A DNA stretch of 64,000 nt, taken from assembly GCA_002633005.1 (NCBI GenBank), contig NMRA01000684.1, positions 1 through 64,000 of the forward strand, written 5' to 3'. Positions within the stretch are counted from its first letter, which is position 1. Each line of letters begins with the position of its first letter. Shown here piece by piece: positions 13,101-25,840 of the stretch. The notes under the pieces are model-generated. The model worked only from the letters and a program-made list of their open reading frames with translations, did not search any database and was not told the origin of the DNA. This DNA is from Phoronis australis. Its lineage: Eukaryota; Animalia; Phoronida. A program made the position numbers and the translations under genes.

Positions 13101-16100
13101 AAATCAGTTTAAACTAACACTCGGAATACTCCATAACATACACAGAGTTTAAACAACAAGACTATAGAGAAGTTCAGTAAATAAGACGAGAAAGCGTTAA
13201 GCAACTAACCCTCAATAAAAATCACCATTTGTCAGACATCTTCCACCAAGTATTGTGCTCACAGCTTACCAAGTTGCATGTTAAAGTAGGCGCTGCATGG
13301 GTTTTGCATACTTGGCAGTCAACAATTGTTGCATCAAGTGCAATGCTAGGGTTAATGCTAATTTGGCCACGTCAAGGTGTGATACTGCTGTGACAGATTT
13401 CCTTCGTAATGCATATTTTTTTTTACACGCACAGCCAAAGCGTCAGTATGTGTGTGGGGTATGTGTTGCTTGCTTACATCTCGCAGAACATGCGCACTAA
13501 CATACTCACAATATGGCTATTTTTCGGGAACAAATATTCGTGTAAAAGTTGACCGATCACATGAAGATGGCTGCATTTAGAAGGCTGGGTTTGAGGCAGT
13601 GTCGCGTCCAAACTAAGCTCTGTCATATATCCACGGCCATGTGTAATCTGGCGCCTTGCAGTTGCTGCTTCGTGTGTGGTTAGCATTAGAAAGAGTCCTG
13701 CTTGAGAGCGATTACTAATTTTAATCCAGTAATTGAAGTTTGACAATAAATCAAACATGGTATGCAAGTTATTGTTACCTGCGATGGAGATGGTAAGAAA
13801 GACTGAACCACTGTTTGAGTGTCCATTCGACGAGATGTATGACTTTGTATTCGTGGAGGAGAGTTCAGTGTATCCTCTTCGCTGCTGTCCAGTGAAGGCA
13901 GTGTTGGTAAAGGTGGTAACTCACGAATGGCAGTTCTACGCCTGCAAACATCAGTTTTTAAAGCCAAATATTAAACAAAATTAAGTGATCGTTAAATCAG
14001 ACTATACCATCATTCTCCCTCACAGGCCACGAGACCTTTTCGGAATACTACAAAAATCTTTTTTCATGCATCGTAATTTTGTTCTTACATACATGTTTCT
14101 CGCATCATCAAATTTTGTTCGCAAGAACATTTCTACAGTGTATGAAAAAAGAAAAATGATTTATTTTGCCTTTCAATAATAACATCCTGAGGGAAGAACG
14201 CTCTCTATCTTGGCAACGGCACATTCTGAAAAGCAATCTAAGTGTAAAACTGCTTCAAAACTTAGAAAATCTACACAATAGCCAAGATCAGTGTATGGGC
14301 AAAAACCAAATGCACGCAGGACTTTACCACACCATCGAATCGAAATGCACACACAAAAAGGGAAATATCACCCCATTTTGAACCGTGCAGCCAGCTGACT
14401 TATAAGAGGTGAAAAGTGTTGACATTCTGAGTTTCTGCGTGGACTTCAGCAACTTCATTAATCAATAGAAACCCTTATGTTACCTTGTTGTCAGTTGCAC
14501 TTCAGTAACCACAGGTGGCGCTGAAGTATCAGTGGATTCCTCTGTACACTTTTGACTCTTCTCTATTTTACGGGCATAGTTCAGTATACCACCTTTAGCA
14601 ACCTTTGACCCGTCTTCAAGCTTTTGCGTCTGTATTCCAATCTGGCAGAAGATGTGAACAATTATTTTCAGAAAGATAATTTAATATACTTGAGGTGTCC
14701 AGCTGAAAGTAGCATAAAGCAAATCTGTGTTGACTGCAGAAATGCAAATTTACATTCGCAATTAGTTGATAATAAAGTTTACACTTGTCTATCAACCAAA
14801 AAAGATGCTAATTATGGATAATTGGGACAACAGTATTTTGTTAGGTACAGATACAGAAAAAAAATACTTCAACGTAATCATACGATACATCTCAAAAATA
14901 TCGAGCAGCAATTTTTCTATTAAACGTGCTTGTGGTGGTGGTAACCATGTTTGCGTTCAAAGCTCGTGACACTTTTGAGCTGAGTCGTATGAGAAAAAGG
15001 TGTGATCGCGCTCCAATCAGCAATTTAACTTGCTGTTTACTTCTGAATAAGTTTTACAAGCCACTATGCAATTAAAGTTGTTGATAAATAAATAAACGGA
15101 GGATAAAAGGGGGCGCTGCAGTATTTCAGCGAGTGACTATTATGGCTGATGTCAACAAGTTTGGGATCATTAGTATACAACCTGCCAGTCAACCTATGAA
15201 AATATCAGTGAAATATCAGTAAAGACATAATGGAGCCTGGTTTTCAACCAAGCATCATAATCACAAAGATTGAGTGTACGACAAAGACGTTCAAGCTCAG
15301 TTTGTGCTCACCCCCCTAAGGTCTGCAACGTTCAACTTCAATGTTTTATACAGATTAAGGCATTCCTTGTAGATAATCTTCGGATCATCAGTGGCCACAG
15401 ACAGTGTAGAGGACTTGGCTATGTTGTCACAAACACCATGACCTGAAATAGAATCACACCTTTCTCCAGTTTGGTAACAGTATTAAATGGGCAATGGTGC
15501 TCTTAAAGTTTCTCCAACCTCCTGGTAATTTTGACATAATTGACAACACGAAAGCACACTAACGATTTATTGTCACAAAACCACGTGCTGAGTCTTACCA
15601 CACCACATTTAACAGGAGCAAGTATGCTACAAATTATTTAGTACAACACCATGATTGCTAACTCTAAGTACGACTTTCACCCAATCACCTTGCTGTTGGT
15701 ATCTACTGAGAAATTCATGTGCTTGAATGTGTACCATCGAAGACCTCAGCATATTATAGTAAAAAACATTTTGATCGTAAAAGATATTTTGAAATATGCC
15801 TTTGCCCTAAAGAGGTATACCCATAAATTTCAGGGTTTCCTTTGGTGCATCGGCCTTCCTAACTTTCAGTTTCAGCGTCACTCCTTTTGCTTTTACGCCA
15901 ATTTTCTTCAAACGTCTAGAAACCTCTTCTGACAAGTCTTTCAGAAACTTCTCCAACTCTGAAAACTAAAAATGGGTTTACGTTGGAAATTATGTTGGTA
16001 CTACAATTATTGGAGCTTTACTTGACTTACAAATTGTGTTTACAAGTTACACTCCACTAAACCTTTTCCTCTGCAGATAGTGCATTACCATACCCATTGT

Positions 16101-19100
16101 GTTTCTAATCCAATAAACCTAATCAGGTGGAAATAATTACAGGTGCAACATGTTCTAACAAGGATTTACATTGCTCAGTTAACTGGAACACCTCTTTGTG
16201 AATAAGCTTAAGTTGCTGCTTGGCTGGGGTAAGGCACCTCACCTAGCCTAGGCTTGGTGTAGCAAGGTCTGTAAAGGCTATTTTCATGGCCCGATTATGT
16301 CAATCGAGGTACTGATAAAGTATGGGGAGTTTACAAAGAAGGAGAACGGATTTTGTGAATCCAGTAGATTTACCAGAATGAGTTGGTGAACAATAAAATT
16401 ATAGTAGGTAGTTACTTACAGAGATAAATCTTGGGAATATATGTAAAAGAAGGGAAAATGTAGAGCAGATTCAGTTTGTCATTGCAGTTTGCTTTAAAAC
16501 TACAACTAGTACTGCAGGGTGAAAAAGAAGCTACATTAAGTGAGGTGAGAGGGTGTGTTATGCCAAGACAGTGTGTCGAATATTATGAAAATGCAGCCAT
16601 CCACAAACACTCTATGAAAATGAAAAAGAGAAATATTCTAACACAAAAGTTAATACACTAGGTCTCCTACTCTATGTTGACATCATTCAATCATCTGTTC
16701 ATTGCCAATGCAGTAACATTGAATACCTGAGTAAATCTGATTCCATAGTTGATTTCCGCTGAGACAGATTTCCTCTCCTTCTCCACCTTCACAGTTCTGT
16801 TGTCCAATCCACGACTGTTGTTGTACAATTGCTGTCCAGTTTTCTGACCAAATTCTTTCTGTAGTGTAGCTAGAGACACCTTCTGGAGGTCGCCACAAGT
16901 AGTGACATCCATAGCTTGAAGCTTACCAGCCGTGGACCAACCAACACCTAGATTAATATCGTGTGCGGACTTCCTCGTTATCTTTCAATCTGCCACTTGA
17001 ATTATTTATGACACAAGAGATTTTCAAACTGGCATATAGCACATGGCAGGATCATTCATAAATGTTCAAGTCAATGGTCCCACTTTCAATTAAAACAAAC
17101 TACACAATCATATAAATATGGGCAACAGCTAAACTCCTTCACGTGAAGAATGGATTGAAGTTTGACAAATGGTAACACCCCCTATGCAAACATGTTGATT
17201 AATATTTTAAAACAAATAACTCTTTGATAAGCTATTGAGAAGATAGTTATCCTGGGGGCACTTCAATTTGCTATTTATTTACTAGAAGACTTCTAAGTAT
17301 AACGGTAGAAATACAAGGCAATATTGTGTGGAGTCCTGCGTAATCTCATCAAATTAATAGCGATGTGGAATCCACCCTGAAGAAAAAAACCTCATCAAAA
17401 TGGTCTCAAGTGCTGAAAGATACACTTGAATTATTGAATCACAATGCACAGCCATCGTCATTCCGAAGCAAGAATGAGGCCATGAGAATATTTCAAAATC
17501 AGCAGACTTCGAAAAACTAAGTGTGAACATTAACCACGTGTCTGTCAATTCTTTCCGAAATGACTACGACCAGAATACTGTTTGCTAATTATCCATAATC
17601 CATGTGGAAAAGAAGTTAGCAACAAAATAATAAATATTATGCACTTCACCTGGCAGATCTTTTATTGGTTGTTTCTTGATGAACTCTGGCACTTTTAATT
17701 GGTCCAAGTAGAACTGACCATTAGGCTTGGCCACGCGTGTGGCCATTCTAGCGAGCAGTATGTTCTCAGCTGAAAAAAAAAGGTTTCATGAAAATCAGCA
17801 CCACTTCTTGCAAAGACCTTGAATCTACTTCAGCTGAAACCATTAGGCTGAAAGTGATGCAGGCAGGTGTTCTTATTAGTCATTAAGTTCAGGTCTCGAA
17901 ATGAATTGAGGTAGAGACCAGAAACGACCATGCTTTTTTGTTTGGCCTTATATACTATGCAAATACAAGTAGCCCAATCAATGATGATTCAATTACATTG
18001 AAAATGAAGTATTTACATTGCATTTCATAGTTTATAGTTTCGAGGTTTATAATTTCAGAACAACGACAACATACCAAGCCCTGCTGAAGCATGGCACCTC
18101 GTCTTGCTGAATATTTCATCTCTCATCACCTTGGCAACCAACATGGGTGTGGCCCCAGTTGATGCTGTCAGCTCTGTGCAGTCAACAAACATCTCATCAC
18201 AGCTGACAGCCTCAATATCGTGCGTATAACTACAAGCAAATTTGACTCAGTGTCCAAAAGTGGTGAGATTATACTGTAATTAGATCACAAACTGTCGCAA
18301 TTGCACAGACAGTCGAAACCTTCATCACCATCATTTTTAACACAAAGACTATCATGACTATTCTTGTGAAATCACACCAATGCCGGGACAGACAGGCCAA
18401 CCACAGGCAAAAAGACAGGCAAACAAACAGACATCTGCACAGACAGACAGATCGATAGACCGTGACAAATTCCTTTAAAAGGGAATATGTTCATTACTGA
18501 CTGATGTGCACAGTCACATAATTTTATTTCAGTAATGTCAAAACTCAGAATACTGTACATGCTCTCCTATTTTCAAAGTGCGCACATTTAAAGGCACAAG
18601 TAGGCATTCTTTGCGCATATAAGATACAGGCACACACCTTGCCCACAATATAGGACATACAAGAGTTAAATAGGCCGTCTTGTTTAACAGTACATAACAT
18701 AAGTTATCATTTGCCATTTTGTTTTGCCCGTTTGACTGACCCTGTCCAAATACAATATTTTTAATCGTCCTTTCAAACAAGTTACCCCATGCAATCTAAC
18801 AGTCGTCATTTTCAAGGGTGTGTGGGGGGGTGTGTGGGGGAAGAACCATCTATCTTTCAGAACTCCGAAGAATTGTAGAAATGCTCATTTTGCTACTTTG
18901 GTTATTCTGTGACAATTTGTGATTTGAAGATCTATAAAAACATCCAAATTTGAGGATTTCAACAGTCTGTGCAACCTCACAAACCACAAATTGTTGCAAC
19001 TAAAATTACGGCAGCCGGAACTGACATGAACACACAAGTCTTAAATGTCACCATTAAAATGTTTAACACGAAAAACTCGCAGCACAGAAATTCCTATTTT

Positions 19101-22100
19101 ACCATCAATTGTTATTTCACTCAGTTAATAAAGCTTCTCAAAAGCCTCCTCAAAAATTTCCTTCAAAGAAAAAGTTTAAAAAATTTGCAAGTCAAAGAAC
19201 AAATCGGCCAACTATTACCTTGCCACAATATCATAAAGTTGCTGGGACACTTCTCTGTATTTGTTGAAGTCGTATGGAATGAACTCCAACTCCGGACACA
19301 TTTTCTTAGCAGCACCAACAAACATACCATTCTTGATGCCTGCCTAGATGCAAAAAGCCAACAAGACTGGTTGAGGAACAAGCAAAAACGACATGTCACG
19401 GAGGTCACATAAAAAGTTAGCAGCAGTCACAAATTGTCAGAAGTTACTTGACCCATACATAAACTATACAGAAATAGGCAATCTCAAGCATATTGAAAGC
19501 CAGACATTTTAGCATAAAAAAATCCTTACACATTTTACTTATTGTTTAAAATTGTGAAGATTCACTGTGACAACCACATTTTACTTATGGCCCACCTCCT
19601 GATTTTCAAGATTTTGAAACAAAGCTGAACAAATATTACATACAAGACACACTGCAGCACTTCACTGTAATACTGACAGTACCTTGCGGGCCTCATAACT
19701 GCAAGATGCTATTTCAGCATAGGAGTCAACAGAGGCCTTTGTTGTGGACACTGTCTTATCAGACACAGATGGAGCTTGGATCTCATCTTCCTCAAAATCA
19801 TCATTCTCTTCGACGGCTTTCAACAATCTGCAATACAATGATTCTCAAACTCTAGGTGGCAAAGTGCATTTCCTGTTCTGAGCTACAGTCGTGAATAGAC
19901 AGTTGAAGAAAGTAGAAAAAAACAGGTCAACATCTTTATTCAAGCAAAGATATAATTTAGGCTTATTTGTAAAATTCAGTAAATCGTAAGCTACTATGAT
20001 AATTTGCATACGTCTACCGCACTCGTTATACTGAATGCTTTTCAATGTGTACAACTGAGTATGCCAAATAAAACTGTGCACTTGGAAACTACAAATTTTC
20101 TTCATCTTTTGGACTGAGATCAATCTAATGAGGAAATTGTGAACGAGAATCAAAAAGAAATTCCATAGTTTTGGAAGCAACAGATTGTCAAGACAAAGGC
20201 TCAGCCTGTGACCATGTGACATTTTAACTATAACACCAGAGCAGACTAGATATAATTCAGACAATGCAAGATTATAAAATTTCCCCAATTTCGAACAAAA
20301 ATAATTACCAAAATTGGCCTTTTTTCCTTTTTCATTTTCTAAAGGCTTCTAACATTCTTGAGAATTCTCAGATTTTCTCTGAACATTGTCACGGCCGGGA
20401 TACAATTTCCGAGCTCAGACTCAACGCAGAAACAGAGTCAAAACTTGACCAATCATGCCCCACAATCCAAGTTCAAATTTTTAAGTTCAGTAGAACCATG
20501 CCACGAATTTGGCCTTGACCTTGATGGTAGCTATGGTACACAACTTACTTGAGCAATAAAACACCTAGTATTTGGTGGTACTCACCATTTATGTGTAAAA
20601 ATACAAATATTTGAAATTACCCATCAACTGAGCTACTGGCATCTGTCACGCCTTTTCTCTTGAGTTTGTTGGCATAGTAACTCATCTCATATTCTTTGCT
20701 GTAACCAGTGCGTGGATGTTGCATACCCTTGCCTTTTGAGTGACTCACAGCTACTGGCTTTCCTAAATAGTCATACAACGAAATTTTAGATTTCAGAAAT
20801 TAATAGTCGTATACTTAGCAACAACCTTCCTATTAATTACATTACAAACTGAGAGAAGTTCATTCAAATAGTTCTACCGGTAGTTTAATCTCTGTGGCTC
20901 CAAACTTGATTAATTCTTAGTTTTAAATTTGTGAATATTTACCTTGACCTTAACACGGGCTTTCCGTTTTAGTTAGTAAGTTCAGGTCATAGATGACATT
21001 AAAACTTGTGTATTCAATATGGCAGAAAAATGGATGAGGCTGACCCAGACCACAGTGAAATGACCAGTTGTAAAATGGTTTAGATTGATGACTGAATCTA
21101 ACCATTGCCAAAGGTTCGCCATGATTATGCCTATTTTCATTTTGCACCCAGGATGAAAAGTTCAGAAACCAAGAAAAATTTGATGAAATGCAACCAAGGT
21201 AACCATTTCAATTACATTTTTTTGTTTTTGGACTATTACTTCAATTTGGCACACAGAAACCTGTCTGAAAAGTGACAAATCAGAAATTTATTGGCAGGGT
21301 AGAGAAAGATATTTCTCACAATTTTATAAAAATGCTGTTACGGTTTTAGGTAATTCTCATTTACTTGTCAAAATATTTTTGTTTAAGACACTTCAAAATC
21401 AGGAACATGACCACAAAATTTAAAGAATATGAGTTTCTATTACCAGTGCCAGAAAAATGAGGAACTTTCATAGCATGGACTTTTAATACCAAAACATGGG
21501 CCATGTATCGTTACTGCACCAGTTGAAAATACCTTTTAATCCTGGTCTCTCCCTCAGTCCAACAGAAACAAAGAAGCAATCCATGTCAATGTGCATAATC
21601 ACTCTTGAGCCTTGAGGTTTCATCTCTCCACTGCCATCATCTTCAGGTTCCTGTCGTTTTACAATGCGACAAAGTTCCTCCCTCCCAGGGAAGGAAGGGT
21701 TTTCCTGAGCATGCAGACGACTGACATAACTCTTCAACTCAGCACTCCATGTAGAGATATAGTGAAGTCTTGAATGAGCATAGAATTCAGAAACAAATTT
21801 GGGGTCACCTGCTTTGGCTGGAACATTCTTGGCCTTTGACGGACTTATATGGATAATGTTGTCATCAACTGTTTTATCTTTAGAGTGGTTCGAGGTATTT
21901 GTATTGTCGCATGTCACTGGAGAGTCATTTTCTTGCTCTTGGAAATTTTGATGTTTATTTTTTATGCCGTCCTCATCCTCTAAATGGTCTGGCAGTGACA
22001 TGGTTGACTCACCAGTTGCTGTTGCAGTTAATTTTGCTGCTACAGTTCCATCAGACTCAGAGTTTGTCTTGAAGACATCTGAAGCACCAGAGTTGACATC

Positions 22101-24687
22101 CTTGTTATCTGCAGCGTTTGTCTCAGAAACCTTTCTGAAATTCAAAGCTGGTTGCAGTCTGTTCTGTGCTGTATACAGTTGATAGGGTTTGTAGGATAAG
22201 CACTTTCCCGCAGCAATACTAAAACATATTAACAAGTAGGATCGTGGGTTATGTATCTCTATTGCAAGTGATATCATGGAGTGGGCACCAGTAGTGCATG
22301 TATGAATAGGCCATGAATAATACAATATCGTCACAACTGAAATGAATGAGAATGTTTGGAAGAAACACAAATTTAGATCTAAAATATACAAAACGTTCTT
22401 AGGTGATCTTGAAAACTGAAATATTGTTATGGATTATCAACAATATGGAAGAGCTAGATTACGGAATAATGAAAATCCTTTTATGAACTTGTCTAGAGTC
22501 ACTTTTAGTTACCTATCTGTGATCCACTCTGGACGAATGATTTTCTTGTCTCTTACTTCGCGGACTTTGTTGTCTGGTAGATTAGTGGCAATGATATGGG
22601 TCACAAGAGCCCTGGAGTAGTAATGGTGAAATGAGCCACCATGAGCCATCATCAGCCGCTTGAGTTCATCCAAGGATGGATCTGACGAGAACAAGGGCCA
22701 ATTCAGCACTTTAAGCCAAGAATATAGCATTTCCCCAATGATGAATAATAATAGTAATAATAATAATGAAAACAATAATAGAAATAATAATAATGATGAT
22801 GGTTATGATTTTGATAATAATAATGATTAAAACGATAATAATAATAATAATAACAATAATAATAATCACAATAACAACTATGATTACAGAATGATAATAA
22901 TAACAGTTAAGGTAATGATAATAATGATTACAATAACGATAACAATAATGATAATCATAACAATAACAATAATAATAATCATGATTCTTGATAATCAATT
23001 CAAGTCAATCCGGTAGCTGAGTTAACACAGAGGCTTTGCAACATGTACACCAGGCAGTTGAATATTAACAGAAATTATGATACAAGACCGAGGAAAGTTT
23101 ATGTCCACTAATGCTAGTCAGAACATTTAATTTTAAGGAACCAATTCACAAACGACAAACTTGAAAACCAGTAATACATTATTTTCTTTGAAATGGTGTT
23201 TAATTTTCTTTCTGAGTATTGTTGAGATGTGTTATCTTGATCACTAGTCGTAATAAAATCAAGAAAATTCAATTTCTGCAAAAATATCAGTGTCCCAAAT
23301 TCTAGAGCCTATTAGAAACTGGAGAATTTTTTCAATATAAAATGCTTGGATAAGGAAATCACTAGAGATAGTGATAGCTTAAACTATAATTATGTAACTA
23401 CAGCACTGACCAGCAATCTGAGTCAAGCTTGCGCAGCAATGTCAATCAAGAGGCAAGATTCTCCAAATTCGAAAAAGTGACAAGCCCAACAACCTATTCA
23501 TGAAGTCCAAGATTATTTTGACAAGCTCCATTGGCCCGTTGCATGAAACAGTCAAAAAAAGGGACTCAGGTATGGTCTCTACATCTTTTACATATTTGTG
23601 TCATTCTTTACTGAGAATTCAACTCTTACTTAGTACCTAAGCCCCAAGCCAAAGATTGACTTAATAATGAAACTAAAACTGCACAAGAAAGGAAAACCAG
23701 TGTTTTCACAAGTCCAAAAGTAGATTTAGGGACCATAGTTGAGTCCCTATTCATGCAACTGGGCATATGCATCTTACCCATAACTAGTCTATTTCAAGCA
23801 AACCGAGCAGGGAAATTAAAGCTCAGGAGGTGAAGTTAGTAAGCATGACCAACTTTGGACAACTTTAGTTAAGTGCACTTACTAGTGTAGCCATTGACAA
23901 AAATGGAAACTCCCTGGAAAATATTAGACGTCACTCCTTCAAGACTGCTGGCCTTGTCTTGGACAAACTGCTGTTGAAGTTTCTGCATCTTTGCATTCAT
24001 GTAACCTCCCTAAGTAAAGAAATTTTTTACAAACATGAACTTCAATGCTGACAACAGCCAAAATGCTGGTAGCAAATAGCGCACAGCGAACTCAGATCTA
24101 GTGCTGTTAAATACTTGGTATTAATGGGCCTGCTGCAAAACATAAAACCTGTAACAGCAAGGGTTAACGTCAACAACACGAAATTACAATTTAGTCACAC
24201 AGTTTCTGGAGAGTGGTTATTGTTTGCTGCCAAAGCTGAAAAATTCACACGCTTTCGCAAGTAAAAAACAAACAAAAGTCATCCACATCTCCAAAACTTA
24301 AATTAACTTTACTGAGTGTATATCATGTATATCAGCATGATGAGCCAGAGATCATAAGTTCGATATCAGGCCAACTCAGATCCAAGGAATTCAACACTTT
24401 CATTTCCATTATTCATTGTACAAATGTGGTAGAAACATGAGACCCCACAAGTGGTTATTACCAAAAATCCTTTCACAACATTGAGAATTACAAGATATAT
24501 AACAAGTTTAATGAACACCAACAAGAGATGGGATTTTTTACCATTACAACACTTCAACTAAACAGTGAAACAAGCTTTTGTGCAATAAAATAAAACAAAT
24601 CTGAGTTGAGGTCTGATATCATACCCATCCTCCCCATCCATCGTCGTTTCCTCGGCGTCTTTTCGTTCCTCTTCCTCTGCTTGCCAT
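7135..24687 (-). CDS. REV1: DNA repair protein REV1 (Y-family deoxycytidyl transferase), 20 coding exons
   Basis: Exons (minus): 24625-24687, 23883-24009, 22513-22681, 21533-22218, 20621-20762, 19683-19827, 19219-19343, 18075-18229, 17650-17769, 16727-16947, 15821-15965, 15312-15442, 14484-14641, 13779-13941, 12342-12548, 11094-11282, 10243-10326, 8746-8881, 8190-8292, 7135-7264; all GT-AG with matching phases. Motifs: GWGGWGGYMNAK, BRCT (IFQGVSIFVNGYT...THIIATNLP...IRPEWITDS), N-digit SRLHYISTW, HIDMDCFFVSV, EIASCSYEAR, IEAVSCDE, RKSVSAEINYGIRF, KFMGHGVCDN, two UBM-like motifs (LDPEVLKELPADIREQV, IDPSCFEALPNDLQEEL), C-terminal YGSKLK. Confidence 0.97.
7467..7944 (+). mobile_element. Penelope-like retroelement remnant (degenerate GIY-YIG endonuclease flanked by inverted pLTR copies) in the last REV1 intron
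   Basis: ~95-bp inverted repeats (ggtaaaaaacgagaaaaa...aggcccttga tcacatgactg at 7467-7561 versus cagtcatgtg...tttttctcgttttttacc at 7852-7944). The frameshifted interior reads YIGETKH, FAEHKK, GHTINEDNTQVLSREEHWHSHKTKEAIYIK, LNRD. Confidence 0.8.
10079..10228. mobile_element. ~150-bp MITE (GGTAGAGTTCAGTA TIRs, CAG flanking duplication; PIF/Harbinger-like)
   Basis: cag|ggtagagttcagta...tactgaaccctacc|cag; related copies at ~28620-28720, 44201-44338, ~44872-45003, ~59680-59800 and ~61146-61281. Confidence 0.75.
22740..22997. repeat. Degenerate (AAT)n microsatellite in a REV1 intron
   Basis: Continuous aat/aac/gat triplets; produces the spurious poly-Ile ORF 22711-22998. Confidence 0.95.
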
Positions 24688-25840
24688 GGTTGCAGTTTCA
24701 CTTCCCAGTCAGTAATAGAATGTTCAAAGTGCCTTTGACCCCAAAGCCATGGTTAGCAAAGTGCTGCCACGGTGATTCTCTGGTCAACTTTTTCGAGTAT
24801 TTGTATTCCTAGTAGAACAGATTCCCAAATTTGGCATGGCAGGAGTCAAGGTATGTCAACCATGAGCTCTCCTGAATCCTTGAAATCAACAAACAAAGAC
24901 TATAAAAATGATGCCAATTACATTTAAGTTTAGGGTGAATTCATTGTTACTATCAGTGTTGCATGCAGGGGTTAATGTTTGTGCCCAATAGTGACTCCAA
25001 AATTCATGGTCTAGTCATTTGATGTTGGAATTTACCAAAATCCTCTCTAATTGCCAACCGGGCTGCGAAAATGGTAAAGACATACTGACTCACAGGCGCC
25101 CTTAGCTTCTGTATTTGAGACGATCAGAAGCTAAGAACGCCTGTGTCTAACTGATTGTTAGCTTTTCATCAGAATTTATAAACAATACATAATACCCCAC
25201 AGGTACTGACAGAAGTACATTTACAAACATCATTGGTGCACAGCCATACAGCAACACTAGTCACAGGCATATGACTGCCTAGTTTTCAATTTATCTAAAA
25301 ATCTATTAGTTAGTCCAGATCACACTCAGTAACAAGAAATCAGTAACACCAGGAAACTGACGATCCTGATGCCTGATGTCATGAGACAGTGGTTGAAACT
25401 ACCATTAAAGCGATGTACGTCTACTATCTATATGTACATTTTTAAAACTTGTTATAGTTGATCTGGTCTTTGACTTTGTTGATCTTCATTGTTGTAGTTA
25501 GACAGTCGACATAAATACTCTGGTCCTGGAGCGAAGTGGTCACTTGAAGTTGAACCATAGATTGTAGACAACTACTATAGTCTATGCTTGAACCAAGAAG
25601 GAGAAGATTGTTCGAAGTGGAGTGCATACAGCCACAAACCATGACATCCTTACTAGTTCAGACAGTGGTTTTGTCTATTTCCCCGAAAGATTTCAAGCAT
25701 CTCGTCATCTGTCTGAGCTTGTCAGTGTCACTGGTTATTTTCAACCTTCAAAGGTGGCGCTTGCATGGGAAGGTCAAGGTCAGAGATATGGATGAGCTTT
25801 GGGCTTTGTGTTGCATTTTGTATGTTAAAAATTGTTTAAA
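24688..25840. promoter_or_regulatory. Divergent (putative bidirectional) promoter and 5' UTR region between REV1 and CPLANE2
   Basis: Start codons 24687(-) and 25841(+) point away from each other, about 1.15 kb apart. The TSSs are not located. Confidence 0.55.

Noticed and set aside
22711-22998. 95-aa Ile/Tyr-rich ORF
   Set aside because: Translation of an (AAT)n microsatellite.
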